This document shows positions 18,386-28,596 of a stretch of DNA of 64,000 nt, in pieces. Location of the stretch: the NCBI GenBank assembly GCA_022822185.1, contig JAJECE010000068.1:376-64375 (forward strand). The letters are read 5' to 3'. The stretch is from Rhodothermales bacterium. Lineage in GTDB: Bacteria > Bacteroidota > Rhodothermia > Rhodothermales > Bin80. Below the pieces are notes generated by a model, which searched no databases, was not told the origin of the DNA, and was given only the letters and a program-made list of their open reading frames with translations. The position numbers and the translations under genes are program-made. Numbering within the stretch: the first letter of the stretch is position 1; every line of letters starts with the position of its first letter.

Positions 18386-20212
18386 ATGCGGTGGTTGCTC
18401 ATCTTGACCGGACTGGTCATTCCATGTCAGGCCTCCAGTGCGCAAACGGTCACCGGGACCGTTTCTTCTTCTACGATTGGCACTGAGGAGACAGTCTCCT
18501 ATACACTGGAGATTTCTGGCACAGACGGCTCGGACATCGTCCCTCCCAGTCCCCCGGAGGCTGAGGGGCTGGTGCTAGTTTCGACCTCTGCATCTCGCGG
18601 AACCAATATCTCCATCACGAACGGGCGCGTTTCCCGCAGCGTGAGTTATACATGGCATTACCGCCCTGAACAGGAGGGAGCTGCCCGCATCCTGGAAGCG
18701 AATATTACCGTGGGCAATCAAACCTACCGTGCATCTTCCGTATCAATCACGGTCGTGCCGCAGTCACAGCGACCGAGGCGTCCCCAGCGGCGCTCTCCCT
18801 TTGGAAATTTATTTGATGATCCGGTCCCCAACCAACCTCCCCCGGAAATCACCGAACGGGACATCTTCATTCGCACCCGTCAAAGTAGCCGAGAGGCTTA
18901 TATGAATGAACAGGTCACACTGGATTACCAGTTATATTTTCGGCCGGGGACGCTGCCCCGAAACAGCCGCCAGTCTGATTCCTGGGATGCAGAGGGTTTC
19001 TGGCGGGAGGAACTGGATCTTCCTGACAACCAGACGGCCGAACTCGTTGTCGAAAATGGAATTCGCTATCAGATGGTTTCGATCCGGCGGGTTGCGGTCT
19101 TCCCCACGCGTCCGGGGGAACTTTCCATTGATCCTCTTAAAATTGCAGCAGATGTACAGTCTCCCGATGCGGATCCATTCAGTAATCCCCTGTTTACACG
19201 CACCTATTCCACAGTTGAGCGTGCCTCCCCTGCCGTAAATATCACCTCCAAACCCCTTCCTGCGGATGCACCAGATGGTTTTACGGGAGCGGTGGGACGT
19301 TACTCGCTCAGTGCTGAACTCAGCCGCAGCGAACTGGAAGTCGGGGAAGCTGTCCAACTCACGGTAACGATTGAGGGGCGCGGGAATATCGCACTGATTG
19401 AAGCGCCGCAGCCGGACTTCCCCGGCATCTTTGAGATTTATGATCCTGAAGTAAATACTTCAAAGTATGAAAATGGAAACATGATCCAGGGACGAAAAAC
19501 CTTCACCTGGCTGATCATTCCCCGCTCAAATGGGACCTTCCAGATTCCATCGATTCAGTTTGCATTCTTTGATCCCTCCCGGGAAGAGTACATTATTCGC
19601 ACCGCTGATCTGGATCCGATCACCATTACAGGGACCGCTTCCGGCCCCATTGCTGTTACCTCTACAGCATCGGGATTTCCGGTAGATGACCTTGCACTGC
19701 TCAAACGGGATCCCCGGTGGAGCGCCGTAAACCGTACGCCCCTTCATCATCACCCTTGGTTTTATCTTGTTGTACTGCTTCCTGTACTTGGCCTCAGTGC
19801 CACCGCCCTGCTGAGACGCCGGGTCACGCGTCTTGCCACGGACACAGCCTGGGCCCGAAACCGCAGGGCCCATCCCCTTGCCCGCAAACATCTCAAGAAT
19901 GCCAGGAAACTTCTTGGAGAGGGCAGCCCGGATGAATTTTACGTAGCGCTGGAGCAGGCGGTCCTGGGATTTCTGGGGAATCGTCTGAACATTTCTGAGC
20001 GAGGTTTAACCAGGCCACAACTTGCCAGCTTACTGTCTGATGCGGGACTTTCGGCAGATCGGCAGCAGGAACTGGTTGCATTCCTTGATGCCTGTGATGC
20101 CGCAAGGTTTGCCCCTGTGCCCCCTGAACCTTCGCAAATGGAAGAGCAGCTAATGCAGGCGAGCCGCATTCTGAGTTCGATTGCGGATGAACTGGAGACG
20201 GCTGCTCCATGA
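18386..20212 (+). CDS. batD: BatD-like oxygen-tolerance protein
   Basis: 608 aa, signal peptide, late TM segment (WFYLVVLLPVLGLSATALL); size and position match BatD. Confidence 0.75.
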   Translation: MRWLLILTGLVIPCQASSAQTVTGTVSSSTIGTEETVSYTLEISGTDGSDIVPPSPPEAEGLVLVSTSASRGTNISITNGRVSRSVSYTWHYRPEQEGAARILEANITVGNQTYRASSVSITVVPQSQRPRRPQRRSPFGNLFDDPVPNQPPPEITERDIFIRTRQSSREAYMNEQVTLDYQLYFRPGTLPRNSRQSDSWDAEGFWREELDLPDNQTAELVVENGIRYQMVSIRRVAVFPTRPGELSIDPLKIAADVQSPDADPFSNPLFTRTYSTVERASPAVNITSKPLPADAPDGFTGAVGRYSLSAELSRSELEVGEAVQLTVTIEGRGNIALIEAPQPDFPGIFEIYDPEVNTSKYENGNMIQGRKTFTWLIIPRSNGTFQIPSIQFAFFDPSREEYIIRTADLDPITITGTASGPIAVTSTASGFPVDDLALLKRDPRWSAVNRTPLHHHPWFYLVVLLPVLGLSATALLRRRVTRLATDTAWARNRRAHPLARKHLKNARKLLGEGSPDEFYVALEQAVLGFLGNRLNISERGLTRPQLASLLSDAGLSADRQQELVAFLDACDAARFAPVPPEPSQMEEQLMQASRILSSIADELETAAP

Positions 20213-20952
20213 AATCTGTTCTGATCTTCTTTTTGATTTTTGCGGCCGGCTCCGGACTTGCACAGACACAGCAGTTAGAGGATGCGCTCCGTCTTTTTGA
20301 TGAAGCGAACCGTTTTGTTGAATCTGGCAATTACGAAGCGGCAATTGAGCAATATCATGCTGTACTGGAAACCGACTATGAGAGTGGTGCTCTCTACCAT
20401 AATCTCGCAGGTGCCTACTACCGTCTGGATGAACTCGGAGAATCGGTACGCTATTATGAGCGGGCCCGCCGCTTACTTGGAGACGATCCCCAGCTCCTGC
20501 ACAACATTCAGATTGTAGAGTCCCGCGTTCAGAGTCCGTTTTCTGAACTTCCAAAACCGTTCTGGCAAACATGGTGGAACCGGTTCTTCGGGCAGTACTC
20601 AGCAACCCCCTTCCTGATTGCCGGGATCAGTCTCTATCTGATTGCCTGCCTGCTGTATGCGCAACTGCTCTGGTCACGAACACGAAATAACTGGCATCGC
20701 CGGGCACGTGCGAGTGCACTTGCTTCGGGACTGGTTCTGCTTTTGATAGCGGTAGTGATTTCCAGTGGTCGGAACTCCATTCAGGGGGCATCCATTCTGG
20801 AGGCGACGACCATGACCACGGAAACCGGGAGTATTGATATACCTGCGGGAATCAAAGTCATGCTCATTGATGAAACCGTGACGGGCATTGAAGTCCGCCT
20901 CCCTAACGGGGTCCAGGGATATGTGAACGCAAGCATTCTGGGCGAGTTTTGA
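20209..20952 (+). CDS. batE: TPR plus SH3-like protein BatE
   Basis: N-terminal TPR, TM segments, C-terminal SH3b-like end (EVRLPNGVQGYVNASIL); last gene of the bat cluster. Confidence 0.7.
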   Translation: MKSVLIFFLIFAAGSGLAQTQQLEDALRLFDEANRFVESGNYEAAIEQYHAVLETDYESGALYHNLAGAYYRLDELGESVRYYERARRLLGDDPQLLHNIQIVESRVQSPFSELPKPFWQTWWNRFFGQYSATPFLIAGISLYLIACLLYAQLLWSRTRNNWHRRARASALASGLVLLLIAVVISSGRNSIQGASILEATTMTTETGSIDIPAGIKVMLIDETVTGIEVRLPNGVQGYVNASILGEF

Positions 20953-21252
20953 GGGTTCCCTGTGCACCCTATCTTTTTCACTCGCACCGAAAAGCCCATG
21001 CACAGCCTCGGCACCAGTCGACCGACTGGTGCATCATTGCGTGGTTCTGGAACTCCAATCTTCCCAGTTACCGGCTGGAGTCTGCACAGCACCGCCAGGC
21101 AGCCCTCCAGGAAAGTTCAAATATGGGATCCTCCGCAGACTAAAACAGACCATTAAAATCATGGAGACTTGCTTGAGACAGGTCTGCCTGCTGTTGCTCA
21201 TGTCCGGCAGGCCGACAGAGAAATCCGATATGAGCTGAAAATCGTGGAACCA

Positions 21253-21304
21253 AATTGTTGCATCTCGGCTTCGCAGCTAGCTGCTTCACCTCAATGCAAC
21301 AATT
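21253..21304. promoter_or_regulatory. nested palindrome: 11-bp perfect inverted repeat (AATTGTTGCAT / ATGCAACAATT) enclosing a 12-bp palindrome (GCAGCTAGCTGC)
   Basis: Read directly from the sequence, about 110 nt upstream of the coiled-coil gene at 21415. Confidence 0.35.
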
Positions 21305-21414
21305 CTCCATTGTAAATTTTAATTCCCCAACCCTTATCTCAGTTGTCATCAACGCCATCTTAGTTGTCCCTAGACACAAATGAACCAAAAACATTATATC
21401 TTGTTTAAGCAATT

Positions 21415-21822
21415 ATGTCTGAACTATCAACGAACACAAACCGACTCCACGAACTGCTGAGGAAACTGCAGAAGGAGGGGCTGAGATCCCACGAGACCAA
21501 CGAACTCGGTAACGAGATTTTTAACATGGCTGGAATTAATACTATCGCCCGGTTCGGTGCACAGCTGGATGCATTGCAGGCTCAACTCGCATCTCTCGCC
21601 GAGACGACGCAAACACAGTTTGCATCCCTCGCCGCAACTAATCAGGCGCAACTGGAGGCGCTTAAGGAGTCCAATCAGGCGCAACTGGAGGCACTTAAGG
21701 AGTCCAATCAGGCGCTCGGAAAACTCTTGGACAGCCGGTATCGACTCCTGATCTGGCTGATCGCAGGTGTCGGCGGCATACTTACCTTCATCCTCACCTA
21801 CGGCACATTCATTGCTGGCTAG
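21415..21822 (+). CDS. tail-anchored coiled-coil repeat protein (135 aa)
   Basis: Alanine/glutamine-rich coiled-coil region with a tandem NQAQLEALKES repeat, ending in a TM segment (LLIWLIAGVGGILTFILTYGTFIAG). Confidence 0.6.
   Translation: MSELSTNTNRLHELLRKLQKEGLRSHETNELGNEIFNMAGINTIARFGAQLDALQAQLASLAETTQTQFASLAATNQAQLEALKESNQAQLEALKESNQALGKLLDSRYRLLIWLIAGVGGILTFILTYGTFIAG
21640..21715 (+). repeat. 33-nt in-frame tandem repeat, about 2.3 copies
   Basis: aatcaggcgcaactggaggcgcttaaggagtcc occurs at 21640-21672 and at 21673-21705 (1 mismatch), plus a partial third copy. Confidence 0.9.
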
Positions 21823-22278
21823 TCGCCAACGATATATCCGCTGATCTGAGGGAATTTGATTTTGTCACCAAGAGTAAAGACAAGGTCCCATGTAATTTGA
21901 TGCCCCACTATTGATCGGCAACACCGAGTGAAGTGAAGAGTTTAGCATCAGTAAGTTGTTCAAGATGTTGTTTTGGGTGTGGACTCCAGTCCCCGTCCTC
22001 CTGTGCGGTCAATGAATCTGATCTAGGGGTACAAGTTGTCGATAGACAGACGCATGGCCTACGGTGCGTACCTTCGGAGTCACTGTAAACAAAGTGCTCC
22101 CGCAGGCCATCAACAAATCCCTCCAAAGAATAGAGAAGAAAGCCAATTGGATCCCCCGTCCAGGGTTTGTACGAGTTGCACGCTGTCTAACGACAACTGA
22201 ACGAATAAAGCCAGCGCATACAACCTATATCATTACAGAAAACCGCGCCGCCGCTCAGGATCAGCGGACATTAAGAAA

Positions 22279-23652
22279 TCATTCGCTCAGGGACGCATAT
22301 AATGCGTCCAGTGAGGCGCAAAGCGTGTCCACCAGGAACTCAATCTCCCTCTCCGTGAGGATCAGCGGCGGCGAAATCCCAATCGTATCCCCCATCGCAC
22401 GCAAAATTAAACCCCGGCGGATCGCTTCCGCACGAAGCCTGATGCCCATCTGATCCGAAGCCGGAAAGGACCGACGAGTCGCCTTATCCGCAACCAGTTC
22501 CACTCCTGCAACCATCCCGATGCCGCGCACCTCTCCGACAAGCGGATGCGGAGCCACTCGCTTCCGCAACCCCTTCTGAAGCAAAGGACCAACCTTGCGC
22601 ACATGCGACAGGATCTTATCCCGCTCGTAGATTTTTATACATTCCAGAGCCACCGCCGCAGACACAGGATGCCCCGTATACGTCATACCATGCGCAAACA
22701 TCCCCACCCGATCACTACCCGACTCTAATGCATCATACACCTTCTGATTTACCATCACCGCCGAGATCGGCAGATACGAGGCAGAGAGCGCCTTCGCGGT
22801 GATCAGCATATCCGGCTGCATGCCAACCGTCTGACTCCCCCACATATTCCCCGTCCGGCCAAACCCGCAGATCACCTCATCGGCAACCAGAAGTACATCA
22901 TGCTTCTTCAGCACACGCTGAATCTCTTTAAAATACCCCTCCGGCGGAAGGATCACCCCGCCAACGCCCATGATGGGTTCCGCAAAAAATGCCGCTACCG
23001 TTTCCGGCCCCTCCTCCATAATCTGTGCATCCAGTTCCGAAGCTAATCGGGAACTGAATTCCCGCTCCGATTCGCCCTCATGCGCGAACCGGTAATGATG
23101 CGGCTTCGCGGTGTGCAGGAAACCGGGAAGTGGCAGATCAAACAACTTGTGGTTCTTGGGCAATCCCGTCAGACTTGAAGAGGCAATCAGCGAACCATGA
23201 TAGGCATCCCGCCGGGCAATCATTTTTTTCTTCTGCGAGCGACCAAGTGCGTTGTTAAGGAACCAGATCATCTTCACCGCCGAATCAATGGCCTCCGAAC
23301 CGGAGTTCGCAAAGAACACTCTGGACATGGGAACCGGTGCCAATCGGAGCAATTCCTTTGCCAAGGCCACACCGGGCGGGTGACTCGCCGAGGCAAACAT
23401 GTGCATAAATGGCAGTTTACGGAACTGCCGGTAGGCCGCATCTACCAGACGCTGCTCACTAAAACCAAGCGAAGCCGACCACAACCCGGCAACTCCCTCC
23501 AAAAGGCGGTTGCCATACTCATCATAGACCCACGCTCCCCGCCCATGCGTAAACACCATAGGCTCGTAGGTACCGAGCGGCGTAAACGGATGTAACACCG
23601 AGGAACGGTCATCCAGCGAAACTGCGGTCGACTTCGGTTCAGATCTAGCCAT
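22279..23652 (-). CDS. class-III (omega) PLP aminotransferase
   Basis: 457 aa. Motifs: SGSEAIDSAVK, LLVADEVICGFGRTG and ITAKALSASYLPISA (PLP lysine). Confidence 0.88.
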   Translation of the reverse strand: MARSEPKSTAVSLDDRSSVLHPFTPLGTYEPMVFTHGRGAWVYDEYGNRLLEGVAGLWSASLGFSEQRLVDAAYRQFRKLPFMHMFASASHPPGVALAKELLRLAPVPMSRVFFANSGSEAIDSAVKMIWFLNNALGRSQKKKMIARRDAYHGSLIASSSLTGLPKNHKLFDLPLPGFLHTAKPHHYRFAHEGESEREFSSRLASELDAQIMEEGPETVAAFFAEPIMGVGGVILPPEGYFKEIQRVLKKHDVLLVADEVICGFGRTGNMWGSQTVGMQPDMLITAKALSASYLPISAVMVNQKVYDALESGSDRVGMFAHGMTYTGHPVSAAVALECIKIYERDKILSHVRKVGPLLQKGLRKRVAPHPLVGEVRGIGMVAGVELVADKATRRSFPASDQMGIRLRAEAIRRGLILRAMGDTIGISPPLILTEREIEFLVDTLCASLDALYASLSE

Positions 23653-23703
23653 ACTTCCACTGCCTTACGTATAAGAACATGTGCACCCAAAAAATCGCGA
23701 GGC

Positions 23704-24039
23704 TTACAGGGACTCCCTGGCCTGCTGAAGCGTCTTGTGCAGTTTGATGATCTGGGTGAATCCACTGATCTCGAAAACCTCCTGCACCGCAGAAGATAAA
23801 CCACAGATTGAGAATTGCTTGGGGGCACTGTACATCTTGGCCAACTCAAGTATCACCCGCAGCCCCGCACTGCTGATATAGTCAAGACCGGTAAAATCCA
23901 GAATCAATGCACGGTCCCCCTCCTCAAGCCCCCCCACAACCGTCTCCTTGAACAGCAAGGCATTGCGACTGTCTATCCGACCATTGAGCATCGAAACCCT
24001 GATGCCATCTTCAAATTCCCATGTTATGTTAAGACTCAT
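23704..24039 (-). CDS. STAS-domain anti-sigma-factor antagonist
   Basis: LDFTGLDYISSAGLRVILEL motif with the phosphorylatable serine context. I chose the internal ATG at 24039. Confidence 0.85.
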   Translation of the reverse strand: MSLNITWEFEDGIRVSMLNGRIDSRNALLFKETVVGGLEEGDRALILDFTGLDYISSAGLRVILELAKMYSAPKQFSICGLSSAVQEVFEISGFTQIIKLHKTLQQARESL

Positions 24040-24208
24040 AATAGTTCGTTGTTCTAAAATCCCCGATAAAATAGCGAAACGCTCTGTACCACTCCCCCTC
24101 AAACACCTGCCAAAGATACGATAATATCTTTACTTTGAACTTGAACCCCTTGGACAAACCTTTGTTGCATTGCAAAACGCAGTTTTGTACGGATCTCCGA
24201 AAAAATCT

Positions 24209-26005
24209 ATGGCGAAGTCCCAGTATCTGGTTACTGCACGCAAATATCGCCCACAGCGCTTTAGAGAGTTGGTGGCACAGGCACACGTGGCACAGGCACT
24301 GATCAATGCTCTCCGACTGGAGCGAATTGCGCATGCCTATCTCTTCACAGGGCCGCGCGGGGTTGGAAAAACAACCGCCGCCAGAATCCTTGCCAAAGCA
24401 ATCAATTGTACGGGGAACCCGGACGGGGAAGTCGAACCCTGCCTGAATTGCCCATCGTGTGATGATTTTGAAACACAGCGGAGCCTGAGCATCTTTGAGA
24501 TTGATGCCGCCTCCAACAATAAAGTGGAGGATATTCGGGATCTGCGGGAAAATGTGCGGATCCTGCCGCAGGGAGGCCGCCGCAAGGTTTATATCATTGA
24601 CGAAGTGCACATGCTCAGCAATGCAGCCTTTAATGCACTGCTGAAGACACTGGAGGAGCCACCCCCGCATGTGCTGTTCATTTTTGCGACCACAGAACCG
24701 CACAAAGTGCTCCCCACAATCCTCTCCCGCTGCCAGCGCTTTGACTTCCGGCGAATCCCCACCAATGAGATCGTCCAGCATTTAGCCAGAATTTGCGAAG
24801 GCGAAGGAATTACCGCAGATGAAGACTCCCTCCATCTGATTGCCCATAAAGGAGACGGTGCCCTGCGGGATGCGCTCAGCGTCTTTGATCAGGCCGTTGC
24901 ACTCTGCGGATCCGACTTAAAATACTCCACGCTGACCGATGCCCTGCGAGTCGTGGATGTAGAACTGTATTTTGAGGCAACCCGGTATATCGCCGAACGG
25001 GCAACGGGAGCCATCCTCGGCCTGGCAGAACGAATTATTGCAGATGGATACGATATCAGAGAATTTCTCGGCGGCCTGGCCGAACATGTGCGCAATCTGT
25101 TAATTATGCTTACCCTGGGAGAACATGCGCTGGCGGATGTGAGCAAAAACCTTAGAAGTCGCTATACTGAGACCGCAAATGCATTCACCGAAACCACACT
25201 CCTTCGGCTTTTGATGGTGATTGATGAAACCCAGACCCGACTCCCGATATCCTCATCACCACGACTGGCCGTCGAACTGGCACTCGCCAAGATGACCCAT
25301 CTGGGAGAGAGCGTAGATCTCTCCGAAGTTCTGGAACAGATCCGCCGACTGGAGCACGCGGGGCCAAGTCCGCAGCCGGCAATCCCCGTCCAGCAAGTTC
25401 CGGCTCCCGCCTCAGGTCAACCTGTACCCGCCCCCGCCCAGAATTCCATCCCGCCACAAAAGCCCCAGACTGCAGATCCATCAGGAACACCGCCGCACCG
25501 CTCCCCTCGCAAATCCACTACCTCCGCACCCATGAGTGGAGTATCGGCTCTTGAACAACGAAAACAAAATCGTAAAAACCGCCAGCCGGCTATGCCAGCC
25601 CCGGAAATGCCCCCGGCACCTGCTCCCCCTCAGGTAAACCTCGAAGAGAGCTGGAATCATGTTCGAAACGCCATCCTGCAACGTCCGGATCTGCAGGGAA
25701 GCAGTGCGCTGCAAAATTCCCGTGTCACCGGCGTGCATGATCAATATCTGGAAGTGGCAGTACGGGATGGAGTTCAGATCGCACTTCTAAATCACGAAAC
25801 CGTACAACAGGCCATTGCCGAAGCGATGCGGTCCCTGCCCGGACTATCGAATATGCGCGTAAAATTCACTGCACGCCCGGACCTGTTTCCATCCACAGAT
25901 GTAGATCCGAATACCGAGTTCCAGGAGCTCAAAGCAAAAATCCCGGCACTGAAACAACTGGATGATGCCTTCAGTCTTCGCCCTGTCCATACCCCCACAT
26001 TTTAA
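24209..26005 (+). CDS. dnaX: DNA polymerase III subunits gamma/tau
   Basis: KYRPQRF, GPRGVGKTTAARILAKAINC, a zinc module (CLNCPSC) and IIDEVHML, followed by a Pro-rich linker. Confidence 0.93.
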   Translation: MAKSQYLVTARKYRPQRFRELVAQAHVAQALINALRLERIAHAYLFTGPRGVGKTTAARILAKAINCTGNPDGEVEPCLNCPSCDDFETQRSLSIFEIDAASNNKVEDIRDLRENVRILPQGGRRKVYIIDEVHMLSNAAFNALLKTLEEPPPHVLFIFATTEPHKVLPTILSRCQRFDFRRIPTNEIVQHLARICEGEGITADEDSLHLIAHKGDGALRDALSVFDQAVALCGSDLKYSTLTDALRVVDVELYFEATRYIAERATGAILGLAERIIADGYDIREFLGGLAEHVRNLLIMLTLGEHALADVSKNLRSRYTETANAFTETTLLRLLMVIDETQTRLPISSSPRLAVELALAKMTHLGESVDLSEVLEQIRRLEHAGPSPQPAIPVQQVPAPASGQPVPAPAQNSIPPQKPQTADPSGTPPHRSPRKSTTSAPMSGVSALEQRKQNRKNRQPAMPAPEMPPAPAPPQVNLEESWNHVRNAILQRPDLQGSSALQNSRVTGVHDQYLEVAVRDGVQIALLNHETVQQAIAEAMRSLPGLSNMRVKFTARPDLFPSTDVDPNTEFQELKAKIPALKQLDDAFSLRPVHTPTF

Positions 26006-26025
26006 ACACAAAACTGGAAGAATCC

Positions 26026-26346
26026 ATGATCAATATGCTCAAACAAGTCGCCGACATGAAAAATCATCTCGGCAAAGTGCGCGAAATCATGCAGCGCGTC
26101 ACCGCCACCGCAGAGGTTGGAGGCGGCATGGTCAAAGTGACCGCAAACGGGAATCAGCGGATTATCAAGATTGAAGTGGATCCCGAAATCATAGATACCA
26201 ATGATATGGAGATGCTCACGGATCTTGTCGTTGCCGGCGTGAACAAAGCACTTGATGAAGCGGCGGAAGCCGGACAGAATGAACTGCGCAATCAGGCCGA
26301 CAGTATCATCCCGAAAGGCATGGATCTTTCAAAATTCGGCCTCTGA
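26026..26346 (+). CDS. ybaB: nucleoid-associated protein YbaB/EbfC
   Basis: 106 aa, in the conserved dnaX-ybaB-recR order. GGGMVKVTANGNQRIIKIEVDPE motif. Confidence 0.9.
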   Translation: MINMLKQVADMKNHLGKVREIMQRVTATAEVGGGMVKVTANGNQRIIKIEVDPEIIDTNDMEMLTDLVVAGVNKALDEAAEAGQNELRNQADSIIPKGMDLSKFGL

Positions 26347-26349
26347 TTC

Positions 26350-26958
26350 ATGCACTTCTCTTCGGAATCCGTCGAAATTCTGATTGAGCAATTCTCGAAA
26401 CTCCCGACTATCGGCCGCAAGAGCGCACAGCGGCTCGCTGCACATGTGCTCAAGATGCCGAAAGAGGAAGTCTCCCGGCTGGCAACGGCTCTCCTGGAAG
26501 TAAAAGAGCGGGTACAGGAATGTACCGTCTGCGGGAATGTAACCGATACCGAAGTCTGTATTATCTGCAGTTCTACAAAACGGGAAACCGGAATCGTCTG
26601 TGTGGTGCAGGATGCCGAGGATATTGTTGCGCTGGAGCGTACGGGGGAGTACCGCGGCACTTATCATGTCCTAGGGGGGGTCATCTCCCCCCTGGATGGG
26701 ATCGGCCCGGATGATCTCAATATCCGCACGCTGCTTGAGCGGGTCGCGGCAGTGGATTCCGGTATCACCGAATTGATCCTTGCCGTCAGTCCGACCGTGG
26801 AAGGCGATACAACAGCACTCTACCTGACACAGCTGCTGGACCCCTTCCCGATCAAAATTACCCGTCTGGCACGGGGGATCCCGGTTGGCCTCACGCTTAA
26901 CTATGCGGATGAGGCAACCCTATCCAGAGCGCTTGCCGGACGAAGTACCGTCCCGTAG
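26350..26958 (+). CDS. recR: recombination protein RecR
   Basis: [12 protein letters not shown] helix-hairpin-helix, a C4 zinc finger ([16 protein letters not shown]) and a Toprim domain. Confidence 0.93.
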   Translation: MHFSSESVEILIEQFSKLPTIGRKSAQRLAAHVLKMPKEEVSRLATALLEVKERVQECTVCGNVTDTEVCIICSSTKRETGIVCVVQDAEDIVALERTGEYRGTYHVLGGVISPLDGIGPDDLNIRTLLERVAAVDSGITELILAVSPTVEGDTTALYLTQLLDPFPIKITRLARGIPVGLTLNYADEATLSRALAGRSTVP

Positions 26959-28593
26959 CCACGAGAGGAGTAAACCGACGGATACAACCGTCAGTGCACC
27001 AACGACATTGTGCCACAGAAAGGACACATCCGGAGCCAGAAAATTGACTGCCGCAACTGCGCTCATCCCTGCAATCAACCCGTAAAAAGCCCCGATCCCG
27101 CGCCCCGCTGGAAGCATCGCCAGAATAAAAACCCCCAGAATTGATCCGTAAAAAAAGGAGCCAAACCGGTTCACCACTTCAATCAGAGATCCGAGCGTTG
27201 CCGCAAACGTGGCAACAACGCATGCAAACACCCCCCAGAACCCCGTCGCAAGTTTACTCACCCGCAGCATATGCCCTTCGGCAGCATTGGGACGAATCCA
27301 TCTCCGGTAAAAATCAATGACCGTGGTGGTAGACAGCGAATTGAGTTCCGAAGAGATACTGGACATCGCCGCTGCCATGATTGCTGCAATAAAAAGGCCC
27401 GTCAGCCCCAATGGGAGTACATCCAGTGCGAATCGGGGCATGATATAGTTCACATCCCGGACCGACGAATCCCCCGTTGCCTCCTGTGCAAGCTGCAGCG
27501 CTTCACTGCGAAGACGACCGACCGCGTCCTCATGCACCTCCAGACGCTCAGATGCCCCCGGCAATCCGGCTGCCACCGCCTCGGCTGCTTCCGCACGCGC
27601 ACGGAACTCGGCACTGTACCGCCCCTCCAGTTCGGTATATGCTTCCGGAGCATAGCTGCGCACCGATGCTTCATGGGCGGGATTATACAGAAGTGGCGGG
27701 GCCTGAAAGAGATAAAATACGAAGACCAGAACCCCGATCAGTAATACGAGAGATTGAAGCGGGATCTTCCAGTAGGCACTCATGAGCAGAGACCGCCGCG
27801 CCTCCGTAACCGAACGGGCCGCCAAATAGCGCTGCACCTGACTCTGGTCGGTCCCGAAGTAGGATAGCATCAGAAATGTCCCTCCCAGAATCCCCGACCA
27901 GAATGTGTAGGTCTCGCTCAGAGTAAACGAAAAATCAAACACCTGCAACCGGCCGCTTGCGCCTGCAATCTGAAGCGCATCGTGAGGATTCACCGGCATC
28001 TTGATCAGCAGTACCACCACGACAACCGCCAGCGAGAGTACGATCAGCACCATCTGCTTGACATCCGCCCATGCAACTGCCTGAATCCCCCCAAACATCG
28101 TGTACAAAACGGTGGGAACCCCGATCACGGCAACGCTTAACGTGAGGTCCCAGCCAAATACCGCCGCCATCACCACGGCCGGGGCTGCGAGAATCGTTCC
28201 ACAACTCATTCCACGTGACATCAGAAACAGAAAACTGGTGAGCGAACGGGTTCCCGCGCCAAATCGCCGCTCCAAATACTCATACGCCGTATAGACACCG
28301 CTCCGGTGCAGAAAGGGAACCAGTGTAACGCCGAGAATGACCATCGCCAGCGGCAGGCCAAAATAAAACTGAATGAAACGGATTCCATCCGTCGCCCCCT
28401 GCCCTGTCGTGCCGATCATGGTCACGGCAGAGAGTTGCGTCGCCATGACCGAGAGGCCAACCGCCCACCAGGGCAGGCTTTGGTTCGCCAGAAAATACCC
28501 CCGGAGACGATCCGTATCCCTGGAACGACGTACCCCGTCCCACAAGACATATGCAAGATAACATGCAACAATGAGCCAGTTAACCGGATGCAT
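26920..28593 (-). CDS. sodium:solute symporter family transporter
   Basis: 557 aa, about 13-14 TM segments, SSF-type motifs ([11 protein letters not shown]). The 3' end overlaps recR convergently. Confidence 0.88.
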   Translation of the reverse strand: MHPVNWLIVACYLAYVLWDGVRRSRDTDRLRGYFLANQSLPWWAVGLSVMATQLSAVTMIGTTGQGATDGIRFIQFYFGLPLAMVILGVTLVPFLHRSGVYTAYEYLERRFGAGTRSLTSFLFLMSRGMSCGTILAAPAVVMAAVFGWDLTLSVAVIGVPTVLYTMFGGIQAVAWADVKQMVLIVLSLAVVVVVLLIKMPVNPHDALQIAGASGRLQVFDFSFTLSETYTFWSGILGGTFLMLSYFGTDQSQVQRYLAARSVTEARRSLLMSAYWKIPLQSLVLLIGVLVFVFYLFQAPPLLYNPAHEASVRSYAPEAYTELEGRYSAEFRARAEAAEAVAAGLPGASERLEVHEDAVGRLRSEALQLAQEATGDSSVRDVNYIMPRFALDVLPLGLTGLFIAAIMAAAMSSISSELNSLSTTTVIDFYRRWIRPNAAEGHMLRVSKLATGFWGVFACVVATFAATLGSLIEVVNRFGSFFYGSILGVFILAMLPAGRGIGAFYGLIAGMSAVAAVNFLAPDVSFLWHNVVGALTVVSVGLLLSWLRDGTSSGKRSG

Positions 28594-28596
28594 TGG

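Noticed and set aside
21140-21412. 90-aa ORF on the - strand, divergent from the coiled-coil gene
   Set aside because: It contains the nested palindrome, has no motifs, and has several Cys and rare-looking codons. I treat it as non-coding with a regulatory element, though expression data could overturn this.
24040-24208. Possible SRP RNA (ffs) upstream of dnaX, as in some Firmicutes
   Set aside because: No conserved SRP domain IV motifs and no convincing long hairpin are visible in this 170-nt spacer.
24029-24781. 250-aa ORF on the - strand
   Set aside because: It is antisense to the conserved N-terminal ATPase region of dnaX and has no motifs. It is a shadow ORF.
24209-26005. Looked for a dnaX programmed -1 frameshift site (A AAA AAG plus a downstream hairpin) that would produce gamma
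   Set aside because: No A AAA AAG heptamer was seen in the linker region. The A-rich stretch near 25555-25580 (gaaaacaaaatcgtaaaaac) is not a canonical slippery sequence.
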